A DNA stretch of 64,000 bases. Source: Lingula anatina. Taxonomy: Eukaryota > Animalia > Brachiopoda. This document shows positions 14,293 to 26,949 of the stretch, piece by piece. The stretch's first letter is position 1. Each line of letters opens with the position of its first letter. Below the pieces are notes generated by a model. It did not search any database and had not been told where the DNA came from. It saw only the letters and a list, made by a program, of their open reading frames with translations. The translations under genes and the position numbers were made by a program. The DNA is taken from positions 35,408,401-35,472,400 of the forward strand of contig CM120641.1 of the NCBI GenBank assembly GCA_051362555.1. The letters run 5' to 3'.

Positions 14293-15715
14293 AGAAAGAT
14301 GTGGACAAACAAAAAAAAAAAGACACGAATTTCGTTTAATAATGAAAACCAATACTTTTACCGCGATATTTCTTTTTAAGACTTTAGCCCCGTTTTAAAG
14401 CTTGTATCTTATACATTTTAAACATTTGTATGATAGGTGACATAATCAAAAAATAAAACACTTCCATTTCATAATTTCTATACCAATCTTCCCCAGGGAA
14501 TTTAATAGACAAATTTATGACAGTTTACAATATTGGGAGCACTGTCAAATATCAATGTATCAATATTTAATGTAAATGGCAGTGGGTAGCTCTCAAATAT
14601 CCATCTGTAGTATTTTTTACTATCACCTACATAACAAGCACACCGGTGATGGTGCGGAAAAAATACAACTTCTACCAAGCCTTATCCATCAATCAAAGGC
14701 ACTACAATTGAATGCATAAAATATTCAAAAGCTTTCAATATAGCAACAATCAATCAAAATCAAACATTGGGTCGTTTTTTTTTTTGTTATATCTCCTAGT
14801 AAGTTGAATGTAGACATATTTATCAGCCTCCGAAATTTGCATTACATATATACCACTGCATTGTTAGTTTGGCAGTTTCTTTAAAATATTTCTTTAATCA
14901 AAGAGTACGTATATCTTGGCACAATGGAGAAGTGAAGACTGAAGTCACCAGTAACCCAGGCTGAACTGTACCATGGTTATAATATTATTATAAAACAAAA
15001 GTAATACTGATAAACACAGCAGTAAATATACTCATCAAACCATTATCAAAACCTTAATCTATATCTATCATTCTATTTTCTTGTAGCACCTGATAAGACA
15101 TAAACTTCTTTCTGATCAAGTTATAAACCCAAATGATGCTCGGTATAATTCAGATACTATCTTAAATTTGCACATCATAACATGTTATCAAATTAAGATC
15201 CAATCTTTGGTAAAAAATATATCTATCAATAAGACTGACAAACAGCATGAAATAGCCGCTGACAACCAACTTGATACAAGAATCCAAAAGCACTTCATAT
15301 CACACATGAATATTTTAAATTTTTCAGGATGAAAAATCACTAAAACCATGCAATGAAATCAGAAACATTATTGCATACTACACATGGAAATACTAATCCT
15401 TTTAAAATGCGTCATAATGTAACAGCATTGCACACCATTATTTGCACTTTATAAATTGCACTACTGCACTGCATCATAACAGGCACATATGCTGAATATG
15501 CTAGTAAATAAACTATGAATTTTTCAGAGTTTAGCAACAAGAGCAGATAACAAGTAGGTACATAAAATCATACACGTATCTATGGAAGACATATTGTCAC
15601 CAGGCAACCTTTATAACAAATCGTGTTATCAAAAATACCAATCTGATAGTAACAACACATATAAAATGGGTGTTAACTGGTTGATGACCACCTGTAAATG
15701 GTTCTTATGAAAGCC

Positions 15716-18700
15716 TTAAGCCTGAGTGGAAAACTTGTAGGAGGTGGTGTGTCTGTAGGTCTCCCCTGGCTTCAGAATGGCATTGGGAAAATTGGGCTGA
15801 AAATAAACAACACAAATTGATTCCATTTTGAAAAGGCTGGAGATCAAACACAGCATGTTGCAACAGAGGAAATTAACAAATTTTGAGAACACCAATATTT
15901 GCAACTGTATCAAAAAAGATAACAAAAGGAGGATAGACATTATCTGTCTGAGAACATAATAAATGCAATATTTTCAAAAAGAAAATTACCACCAGAGAAA
16001 AAATTGACAGATGTAGAACACAAAAGTGACTTACGTTTGATCAATGGAACTAAAGGTAAACCAATATTTACATACAGAGTCCTTCAAAGTTATGTAATCA
16101 CCTTGTTTACAGCATCCGGGTAATTTTGTGTCTCAAGACAAAGTGCAGAATGTTGTCCATAGATGGCACCACCTTTGCCACTGATTCCTGCCAAATAGTT
16201 CCCAGTGTAAAGCTGGACTCCCGGCTGCTCTGTGTACACATCCATGACACGACCACTTGCCCTGTGCTCAACTCTGTAGAATTTCAAATTCTAAATAAGT
16301 TGTTTATCAAAAATATTCAATAATTAAAAGTAACAATAACTGTCAATTAAAAACATTTACTAATGGCAAATTTTAGTCTTGACAAAAATATAATAAGTAC
16401 TTCTTTACACTCAGATAATTTTGAAAATCAAATAATTCTGAAACCATTGTTTATATCTTTGATATAATATACAAGGTCTTAATAAAAATTAGGTAAAATA
16501 TTGAAGTTAGTCAACTTTTAGACCAAATTACTCATATGTGTATGGGAATGGAATTATATTTACTTTGCAATGTGTTTCCTCTCTCTCTTCTCTCCAACAC
16601 AGAAGTTATGATCATATCCCTTGTCTCCAGGAACATTATTAATTCTGTCTCCTATTCTCACTGGCTTGCGGAGGTCAAATACTGTGCCCTCAACACTGGC
16701 AATCTCACCTGAAAGATGACACGAAATGAATCTTTAAAAAATTAAACATCCTTTTTATTCTGAAGTTCAATTTTTAAAATTTATTACATTAAATATTTCA
16801 GTGATGTTTCAAAAAATCTGCATATGGTATGCTTCTGGGATAAGATCTGCCAAATCTGATAAAAAGCAAAATACATACTGGCAGTACTTGTATGCCGTAT
16901 CAGTTTCAACAATAAAAGAAATCCATCTAAAAATATTGTTGATCTGGTTATTTTTCAAAATTTTATGAAAAAAATATCCTATGGGCATCTTTTTCTTTTA
17001 ATTCAAGGCACAGCTGACCTGTAGTATCAAATGTGCAGTTTGTAAAGAAATATTTAAGACTTTCGTTTACCTGTTGGAATACTGTTTTCATCCTTAGGTG
17101 TGAAAGTCTCAGCATTAATGGTGACATAATGATCATAAACATTGGCTGTACCCTGAAAAATCACAAAAATAAACATACAGACATAATTGTTATAAATTTA
17201 CTAGATTTACATCACATTTTTATTAAACATGCAGTGAAGTATTTATCACTAAAACAAACTTTCTTGAATGGGAGATGAATTATTGCTTATGTATTTTCAT
17301 TTCAATACCTCAAATAATTCTCAAATAGGTTATAATAATAGATATAAAATTTGTATATTTGTCCTTCTATCAAGAAAAATGCTTAACCTTCAAAATGTTG
17401 AAATAATTGACAAACCTGCCCAGCTAGATTGAAATAAGCATGATTGGTCAGATTAATGGGTGTTGCTTTAGTTGAGGTAGCAGAATAGTCCAGAATAAGC
17501 TCATTCTCACTGGTCAATTCATACGTCACATGGACGGTCATCTCCCCTGGATAGCCTTCATCCCCATCTGGACTAGTATGAGTTAAGTGAAGCTTGCTCC
17601 CCTCTACATTGGTGGTCCACACAGCCTGGGGAGATTAAAAGGGATGGTAAAAAACTGAGGCAATTATTTAAAAAAAGAAAAAAAGTAAAAAATGACAGTC
17701 AGTAAAAAGAGGGGAAAAGGGATATATACAATTACACATATCTTAATAAATAGCAAAAGTAAAGTCAATTAAAATCATTAACTAATGAGAAGTCTTAGTC
17801 TTGACAAAAACATAAAAGGACATTCAAAAAAAAAAAAACATATTTGAAGATCAAATCAACCTTTGTCCAATGGTATGGATGATTTCAGTGTTTTCTGTGA
17901 CTCCCCTCTCTCTCTCTCTCTCTTTCTCTGTCTTTTTAAAAATCCTTTTAAATTCTTACTTTATTTCAAATAAATAAAAACACAATATCAAAATGCTGTT
18001 CAGTAGAACCTTGTCAAATCCCTTGAGCCCTCCATGCAGATGATTTGGTCCATTGTTCACAGCCAATTCATAAGTCTTGCCATCTAGAGTGAACTTTCCA
18101 CCAGCAATACGATTGGCAACCCTGCCTACAAGAGCACCAAAATATGGGTGCTTTGCCTCATAACCTGTAGAACACAAAATTTAAAATAAGTGTAAGTTTA
18201 TGTCTTTTTGCTTTGTTCACAATAATTAAGCCATACTGTTCTTTATCAGATATTATGCTGATTATATGATATTTGACTCAAACTGAAAGCAGTCAAAATT
18301 TATTTGTTTTGTTGTTTTTGCTGTGCTCTTACAAAATACATGCATTTGCAACTTAAAAATGCTTATAAAAATATATGGCTATATATTTGTATTAATAGTC
18401 TTTTTTTTTCTAATGTACCTTCCATATTATCAAAGCCCAGGCAAACATCATCTAATTTTCCATCTTTATCTGGGGCAATGATTTTAGTGATGATTCCTCC
18501 AAAAGTGATGATTTCAACAGTCATGCCATTCTGATTCTTAAGAGTGTATCTTAAAACATAATAAAATAAATCAATGTCCTATATGATCAATTTTGCTGAA
18601 TAGTAAAGAAATATTTCAAATTCAAATGAGTAATTAAAATAATTTAATTTAATTTAGATATAGACTTCTGTGGGTTGCAGCACTGCAATACCAAGGAAAA

Positions 18701-19038
18701 ATCTAAAATGCATCAAAGTTCAATAACTGTATATGCACTACTTTTCTCTGCTAAGGCGAAATAAGGATTAAGGTCAGTTAAGCGAATTCACAGATAAGAT
18801 ACTGTCTGGGCTTAGACCGCAATAAGAAAGAGATAGAGTAAAAACCCATATGCAGTGCATGACGGTCAAGTATAGTGCATGTAAGGCCTTTCTCCGAGGT
18901 GCCAGTGGAAGGTTTATCAATTAAAGTTTAAACCACAAATAGACTGTTAACAATTTAACTAAGCATAGATCTACGGAACCTGTCTACAATTTTTCCATCT
19001 TTCGTTTTCCCATATGCTCCTTTTTCGATGGTTGTCAT
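15716..19038 (-). CDS. GALM: Aldose 1-epimerase / galactose mutarotase (344 aa, 8 exons)
   Basis: GT-AG exons 19038-18980, 18549-18419, 18164-18010, 17625-17416, 17152-17071, 16708-16564, 16273-16102 and 15796-15716 join in frame (1035 nt). Family motifs present: [48 protein letters not shown]. Confidence 0.96.
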
Positions 19039-19316
19039 CTTCTGGGTTCGTTGTAAACTCAAGTGTTTAAAGAAGATTATCAGCACCGGCTGCTGCTTGG
19101 TAAACGAACTTGACAAAGTACTATCATACGTGAGTTCAAGGTCATACTCTTTTTTTATTTTGATTGATTTACTAAGCTGTTTTTGTTGAAGTAAAAAATA
19201 AATGTAAAAATTTAAACTTGGGATCAAAGCGTAAAGCTAACTGTTCTGTAATTTTAAAAAGAATTGCAAGTAACAAAACCGTCCACGGACACACGAGACG
19301 AGTACTTGCAAGCAAG
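19039..19316. promoter_or_regulatory. Bidirectional promoter region shared by GALM and hnRNP L
   Basis: The divergent ATGs are only ~280 bp apart. A YY1-like CAAGATGGCG overlaps the hnRNP L start codon. Confidence 0.7.
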
Positions 19317-22300
19317 ATGGCGTCGTACGAGGGTCACGCTACGAAAAGATTAAGAACCGAAAATGATGGTAGAGGAATAACATCAGCACAATCTGTAAGC
19401 TTAATTTAATTATTTGAAACACTATGCAAATGTTGCACTTTTATCTGGTTTTCTAGCGTCAACTTATACAATGCATTTAACGACCTTGCATTGACCTAGC
19501 CGGTCCCTCGCCATTGACTACATGTATGTTGATAAAGTTGAACCAAACAAATCAAGCATGTACGCATTCGGTTGACGTATCTGAAATGATGGTTCTGTTT
19601 AATCTGTTGAGAAACAGTTAAAGTGGAATGTTCTTGGTGGATTTAAACACCGGCATTTGAAAGGGGAGGGGAGGGGTACTGAAATTTTTATAAAATGCAC
19701 CTAAATTTAAGAATGAGATCCAGGTAGAACCCAGAATCAATGTGAATAAATAGATATCCCCTTATTCTACTTCCCTTTTTATATTGAATTGCACCATGGG
19801 TGGTTCTTACTAATTATAAAATGTCTAGAAAAAATAAAAACTAAAATGAATACCAGTAAATACCCGAAAACATTGTCATAATCAGATTACATATGGTTAT
19901 GCTTATTCAGGATAACTATGAAGACCCACACAAACCCTCTCCGTCTCCAGTGATCCATGTACGTGGGCTTTCAGAGAGAGTCATTGAGAATGATTTAATT
20001 GAAGCACTGCAGCATTTTGGAACTATTGGGTTAGTTAGCATTAATGTCCAATTTGTGGATCACATGAGAAATCTTCTTAATGAGATAATGAGTCTTTTTT
20101 GAATATATATTACTTTCAAGTTGATGTAATAATGTCATGTAACTTGATAACTTGGTAAAAAAAATGCACCATTGTTGCATTGTTTGAGTGACTAGTAAAT
20201 GCATATTGTTGATTTTTTAAGGTATGTGATTATGATGCCCAGGAAAAGACAAGCACTAGTGGAGTTTGATGTATGTATTACTAGCAATTGATATTTGTAA
20301 AAACCTTATTGTTTTATTTCTTTATACTTGGAATTTGAAAATTAAATTCACTCATAATTTTAAAAGATGATGAATGTCGTGAAGTACTTTAAGACAGTTT
20401 CACAAAGTAAACCAGTGGACGAGGAAATAATTAATTTACTATTTCCAGGATATCAATGGAGCCATAAGTCTGATAAAATATGCACAGGTAAAGTATTATA
20501 TGGAATTGAAGAATTCATCCTTAAAAACATATTTAAAAAAAGAAGATATCAAGACATTGTAACAGTGATGATTGATTAGTTTTCTTAATGATCTGTGAAC
20601 AGCATATTTCAGCAAATACATTACAGCAGATGTAATGAATGATGTTCTTATGTAGTTAACGCAACTGTGAAGTTTATAAAGTACCTTTTCATTGTTGCTG
20701 TTGCATAAATCTCTTGATGAGACATTCTTTTATATGTATATTCCCTATATGTGACATTGATCATATGCTTGCCTTCTGTAGACTAGTCAGATCTATGTGC
20801 AAGGAATGCCAGCATTTTTCAACTATTCTACAAGTCAAAAGATACAAAGGTCTGGGTAAGTAAATGAATCATTTTGCACGTAGCGATACTCAGACCAATT
20901 CATATCTATTTAGCTATTAGCCTGTTAAGTGGGTGTTTTAAAGCATTTTTATATATCATACAAATTAGTGAATTTTGCAAACACACTGTAATTTCCAGAT
21001 ATCTTGTAGTCACTGTAGTGCATTTCAGATAAAAGAAAGAGGTAATTTGATGTATAAATTTTCAGTGGCCCAGATGATCCAAAGGCTGCCAACAAGGTTC
21101 TGCTGATAACAGTTCTCAATCCACAGTACCCTATTACAGTTGTAAGTTCACCTTTGGGTAATTTGTTTAACTAAATGTCATAGTTTCCTTGAAGCTAACC
21201 TTGGTCATTTCAGCTCTAAAATTAAGCTCGGAGTATGCACTAGGGGCTGTTTTTGCAAAATTGTTTTGTTTTTCATTAGCATTTGCTCAAACATGCACCT
21301 CATTCATGTAATAAATATAAAGTAAAACTGAAATGCACATAAGTAAAATGTAGTTCACTTTTATCTTTTTTCTAAATTTGTTGATTTTATTTTAGATTTT
21401 TAAGTCATTATGTTTCATAATTGGTAGTGAAGTGGTGTTTTGTAAATATTGCTCTTTCATATAGGATGTGTTACACACAATCTGCAGTCCTAATGGCCAG
21501 GTCCTCCGTATTGTTATCTTCAAGAAGAATGGTGTGCAGGCTATGGTTGAATATCCTTGACAAATTATGCAGTTAAAGCTCTTTTCCTTTATCTTTGGCC
21601 TTGACTTTTTTATATTTATTTTTGAGTTGAAACTCTTCCCCTGTGGATTGGGGCCCTTTTCTAAAATACGACTGCAATTTTTTGTTGCTTCAGGCATTGG
21701 GTTTAAGCAGGCTAGTAAAAATTAAGTTTACTTTTCAAAAAGACCAAGTAACATGCACGTTTATTAAAATGAACCACACATGCTGATTTTTCTTTAACTA
21801 TCACACATTTGACAGTATTGAATCAGCTCAGAGAGCCAAACAAGCTTTGAATGGTGCTGATATTTACTCTGGTTGTTGTACTCTCAAGATGGAATTTGCC
21901 AAGGTAGGAAGTATATTGTCAGAATTTTTTTTGTTTTTTTTTTCCTTTTTGTCAAGGTTAAATGTTTTTCTAAGGTGGAAATAAACTTGTTGGAAGATTT
22001 AAGCATCAAGAGAAACATATCTCTTTAGATATTCAAAACTTTGAAAATTCAGTTAAAAATTATTGTCTCAGACATGTTCATTTTTCATGTTGAATGTAAG
22101 CTTGTGTAGTACTTGCTTTATTTTTCTACACTAGCCTACCACGTTGAATGTGTATAAAAATGACAGTGAGAGCTGGGACTACACCAATCCTAATCCTGGA
22201 GGTGAGAACGAGCTATATATATAAGAAATTGATTTCAGTGTATTGAGTATTCTTACAGAAACAATATTTGTTACAGTTCTATTTTAAATGCACATTGATA

Positions 22301-25300
22301 GTGGTAAAGTAAGTTATTCGATAATGTACTTTAAGAAATCTTAGACATGTTATGATGTTTAAAATGATGCCACAGTATTTGAAAATCTTTGCTTCTATTT
22401 TAAGCTTTCCCCAGAAAAAAATAGTTTCGATTGTTTTGTTGGGTTTCAAAATGTCTTGATGTTATAACTTTTGTTCAAATTCTTGGGAATATTTAAAATA
22501 ATTAGACATGGAGGCAACTATATAACAAGTCAAATACTGTGGCTCATTATGTCACTTTGAAATTGTGTAAAAAAAAATGAAGTCAGTTATACAAGAAACA
22601 CGCAGAGCCACTCACTGCTACAGACCATGAATACAAGAGACCAGTACTAAACACAGACAAGCAGAAGCTCATATACCACAAACTGGGAGACATGCAGCAT
22701 GACTCGAGCAGTGCATGATGCGCAAACATGCTTGGGTACATTCAACATCCTTGGGCACATCAACACCATACAAAGCAGCAATCATCCAGCTCTCAAGGCG
22801 CTATCCAGTTACAGTAACTTTCATAATAACCGTCAAGGAAAACACAGCAACTCATTGTGCATCACCACTATACTTACCACAACCAGGCAAGCTTCAGCTG
22901 ATATCGTACACGCAAGTAAACAACAAACAGTAATAAGTGCAGTTCAACAACAACTGTTGGTGTGGTACTGAAAAAACTTGAAACCAGTGCATTACAGCTG
23001 TCATACAGAGATATCTTCTTTTTTTCAACTCTCTCCAATCCATCTGTTCCATTACAACAGTATAGCCTGTAAAGCTATTTAACTGTTTTGTGTGACTTTT
23101 TTTTTTTTTTCATTCAACATATCTCAGTTGACAGTTACCTGTACTACATGTGTGCTACTTTTCTCCTGCTCCACTTCAAAACTGGAGTTTCTTAAGCAAA
23201 TACAGACTAGCATTCAGATGTAGTGAAGCACAACATTGCAACCAACAGATCACAAGAAGAAGACCTATGATTGAACAGAAGCAGGCATACACATGATAAG
23301 TTGTACTCGCTAAGTTTTTATTTTGGGGCAGTTTTGTGAACCTTTTATCTTTTTTTTTAAATATATATATATTTTTTTTTTGGTAGCTTCTTTTTAAATG
23401 CAAGTCATATTTACACAAATTCATAAAAAATGGCCCTTATTTTTCACAGATGTAGTTTCCTTCTTTGTTCCTTAATGTTTAGAAATGTGAAACATGTTTA
23501 TAAATTAAATTTCACAAAAATCTGTAACATGCCCAAAGCATGCCAATGCTTTGACAAGGACAATAGCTGTATTTTTTACTTGGAAAGATGTACAGTTTAC
23601 ATAAACTTATTTATAATTGTATGCATGAAAAATATGAAATATTCCACTAGACAATTTTCATGTAATCTTTGCCATACATGTCATCTAGAACATTGCATAA
23701 ACATTACAAGATTTAGATGGGGGAGCAGAAAAATGGGACTCAGATTTAGTATATCGCATATTTGAATAACATGTTTCTATGTAGTTAAATTTTAAGTGTT
23801 TATGCACTTAAAAAGTACTTGTATTTATAATACATACTGCTAAGTTGGTAATTACTTACTTACCTGGTTACCTTAGCTGTGCAGTATCAAATAAGGCATT
23901 ATACACTAAGACAAGACAGGTTTTTCCTACATAAATGTTGTAAGACTACTACCTTTACCATAAGCAAGATGTACCATGCCCCATGGGATATTACTTTGCA
24001 TGCTTACAATATAGTACAGTCTACAGCACAACTCCAGGATATGACAAAAACCGAACAATATGTGCCCACATGAATATTATTATACATCAGACAGGTCACC
24101 AACATGTACAGTATCACAAAAGATGTGTGTTGTGTAGAGGTGTATTTTTTTATGTACTATTGTATATAGGATTGGATGCCTGTGAGGTAGTTGTCCATCC
24201 AGTCTTGGTCAAGGTATTTTGAGCATGGAAAGAGGTAGGGAAGGAAGTGCAGAGGTAACCTTGGTATGTTTTGTGAATTTAGTTTTAAAAACCATGCCTT
24301 ATATTATTCAGTGTTTTTTTTCCTAACCATTGTGGTGCAATTCGACTGTATATGTATTTTAGTTTCCTAGTTTCCATATGATATCTGAGGTTTTTTTTAA
24401 GAAAATCAATTTAAGAAGAAAATTGTGATTTGTATATAATTGCAAGGAGTGCAGCATTTTTCTCTCTTTTGTGTACATGAAATGTATTTGTTTTGTGGTA
24501 TATTTGTTAATGATATCTTTTTTTCAGATAAAAATCACATTCAGCTTATTGTTATTTGTAATAGTTTTTAAATGTAATATATGCCATGGTTCAAAAATGA
24601 CAATTTGTTAGCTATACAAGTATGTCTAATAGAAATAGTTATCTAATTCATCATACATTTTTAGAAATGTAATTTAAATCAGACAACTGGGATGTTATTT
24701 CTTTATTCTGCTTTTCCAGCAAATATTCCTCAAGCCCCCAAGAGTAAGCCGCTTTTGGAGACACCCAAGGGATATGGGCTTGCTCCTCAACCATACAGTA
24801 TGTGTTGATCACCAAAGGGGGTTGTAGTAGCCTTATCTTGAATGTACAGTAGGAAACAGTACATAAAGCATGTGTTTGGAATAATGCACCATTTGTTTAA
24901 TTTGGAAAGGACACACATTTTGATATGATGTCTGCTTTTTAACAATACCTCAAAGCTTATTTGAAAGCATTCCATTATCTGAGTACTTAAGAGTCTTTGG
25001 TAAATATAAAAATAATAAAATGAATTAATTAAAAAATTTTGAAGAATTGCCTATTGTAAGAATATATCACTGCTGGGCTCCATGGAGAAAGAAACGTGCG
25101 TTTGGTCATCTGTATCTTCCAACTTAACCCAGCTTTTAAGTGGTCTTCCCTTCTATTCAGCAGGAAGTGGTGGACCAGGGGCACCTCCACCTCCCCCAGC
25201 TGCTAGTAACTATGGCATGGAGGGGGATGGCTATGACTACTGGGGTGGTGGATATGGTGGCTATGGCAACCAGCAGTATGGTGGACAGGGAGGACGGTAC

Positions 25301-26912
25301 GGACAGGTAAACTCATGGGTACATTATCATTTTGGAATTCATACTTGATTTCTGTAGACTGGGAAGACAAAGATTGTGCTTGGTTAGAAATGCTAAATTT
25401 AAGATTTGTCTGAAGGGAAAGATTAAGAAGGCACCTCATTTTGCCTCTTACACATGCTATCATATTTCTTTTTCATAACATAATCACACTGGTAAATCTT
25501 ACTTAGCTGGGAAAAAATTGTATTCTGTGCTACATATTCAGGTAAAATTAGTCGAAAAAAAAAACAGAATTTTGTTGAATTCCTGCATCTTGAAAATGAA
25601 ATGTTTTTTAGGATCCCTATGGGCGTGCCCCCCTTCAGCCAACCCCTTATGGCCGTGGTGGGTCAGATGGCTATGGTCAGCAGGGCTATGGTCAACAAGG
25701 GCCCCCTGGGGCCAATGTCCCTGTCCAGGGGGCAGTCATGATGGTGTATGGACTGAATAGCGAGAAGATGAACTGTGACAGGATCTTCAACTTGTTCTGT
25801 CTGTATGGGAATGTGGTCAGGGTGAGTGACATGGGTATGGTTTAGGGATTATATTATTGAATGAATCTGTGCAAAAATAGTCGGGTTCATTATTGAAAGG
25901 CAGCTGACATTTCATTGTATTATTTGTTTTATTAGTTAGAAATGACTTTGCAGAGGATTTATATGCTATTGTTTTTAGATTTTTTTCCTGAACAATTTAC
26001 TTGCTGTGTTATGTCTGATAAAAAACCCTGCAGAAGGTGTTAAAAAACTAATAATTATACATAATGATTTCAATTGTACTAGAAGAGTTACTGTTGTATG
26101 AATGAAATTAAAACCTGAATGTAATTGAAATGTTTTATTAGGTGAAGTTTCTGAAGAGTAAAGACGGAGCAGCCATGGTTCAAATGGGAGACGCCTCAAC
26201 AGTATCATCAGCCATTCAAAATCTCAATAATACATTTTTCTTTGAAAATAAACTGCAGCTTGGGTAAGTCTGAACCACAGCTACTATTTGTCCATATTTT
26301 ATGATAATAAATCTATGAATAAAAGCGTTTACATACACTTTTTGTTTGCTGACCCATGCAGTATCATAATCTTACAAAATGCTTCATTTATCAAGTAGAT
26401 AAATAAACTAGAAAGAGATGGCATTCAGTTTCCGAGCTTAGGCCTTTGTGGATTATGTTCAACTTGGGTGTATTATGCAAGCAGTTTCACCTTCAAACCT
26501 AAATAAGGGACAAGTCAGATTTTAAAAACAGCAGTGTTGGGTATTGTTTTGTTCATGCCATTGTCATTACTTTTACTTAAATGGTCGAATTATACATGAG
26601 TTAACAGCAGTGTTGACATCATCAAACAGGATATTAACACTATTACCAGAAATAGGTCTAAAATGAATCAAAATATATATTAAATTCAATAATTTGATAT
26701 GTATTACAGTTATTCAAAGCAAGCCTTCCTGCAGGATGTGCCTAACCCTCATGACCTGCCTGACGGTACGCCATCCTTCAAAGACTACATGGGCAACAGA
26801 AACAATAGGTTCACTAACCCAGAGGCAGCCAGTAAGAACAGAATTACTCCACCAGCCAAGGTGCTTCACTACTACAATGCACCACCACATATTACAGAGA
26901 CCGAGATAAAGG

Positions 26913-26949
<37 letters not shown>

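Noticed and set aside
22699-22971. 90 aa and 72 aa ORFs within the long hnRNP L intron
   Set aside because: They are explained by T-poor, CA-rich composition lowering stop frequency. No coding signature or matching splice sites.
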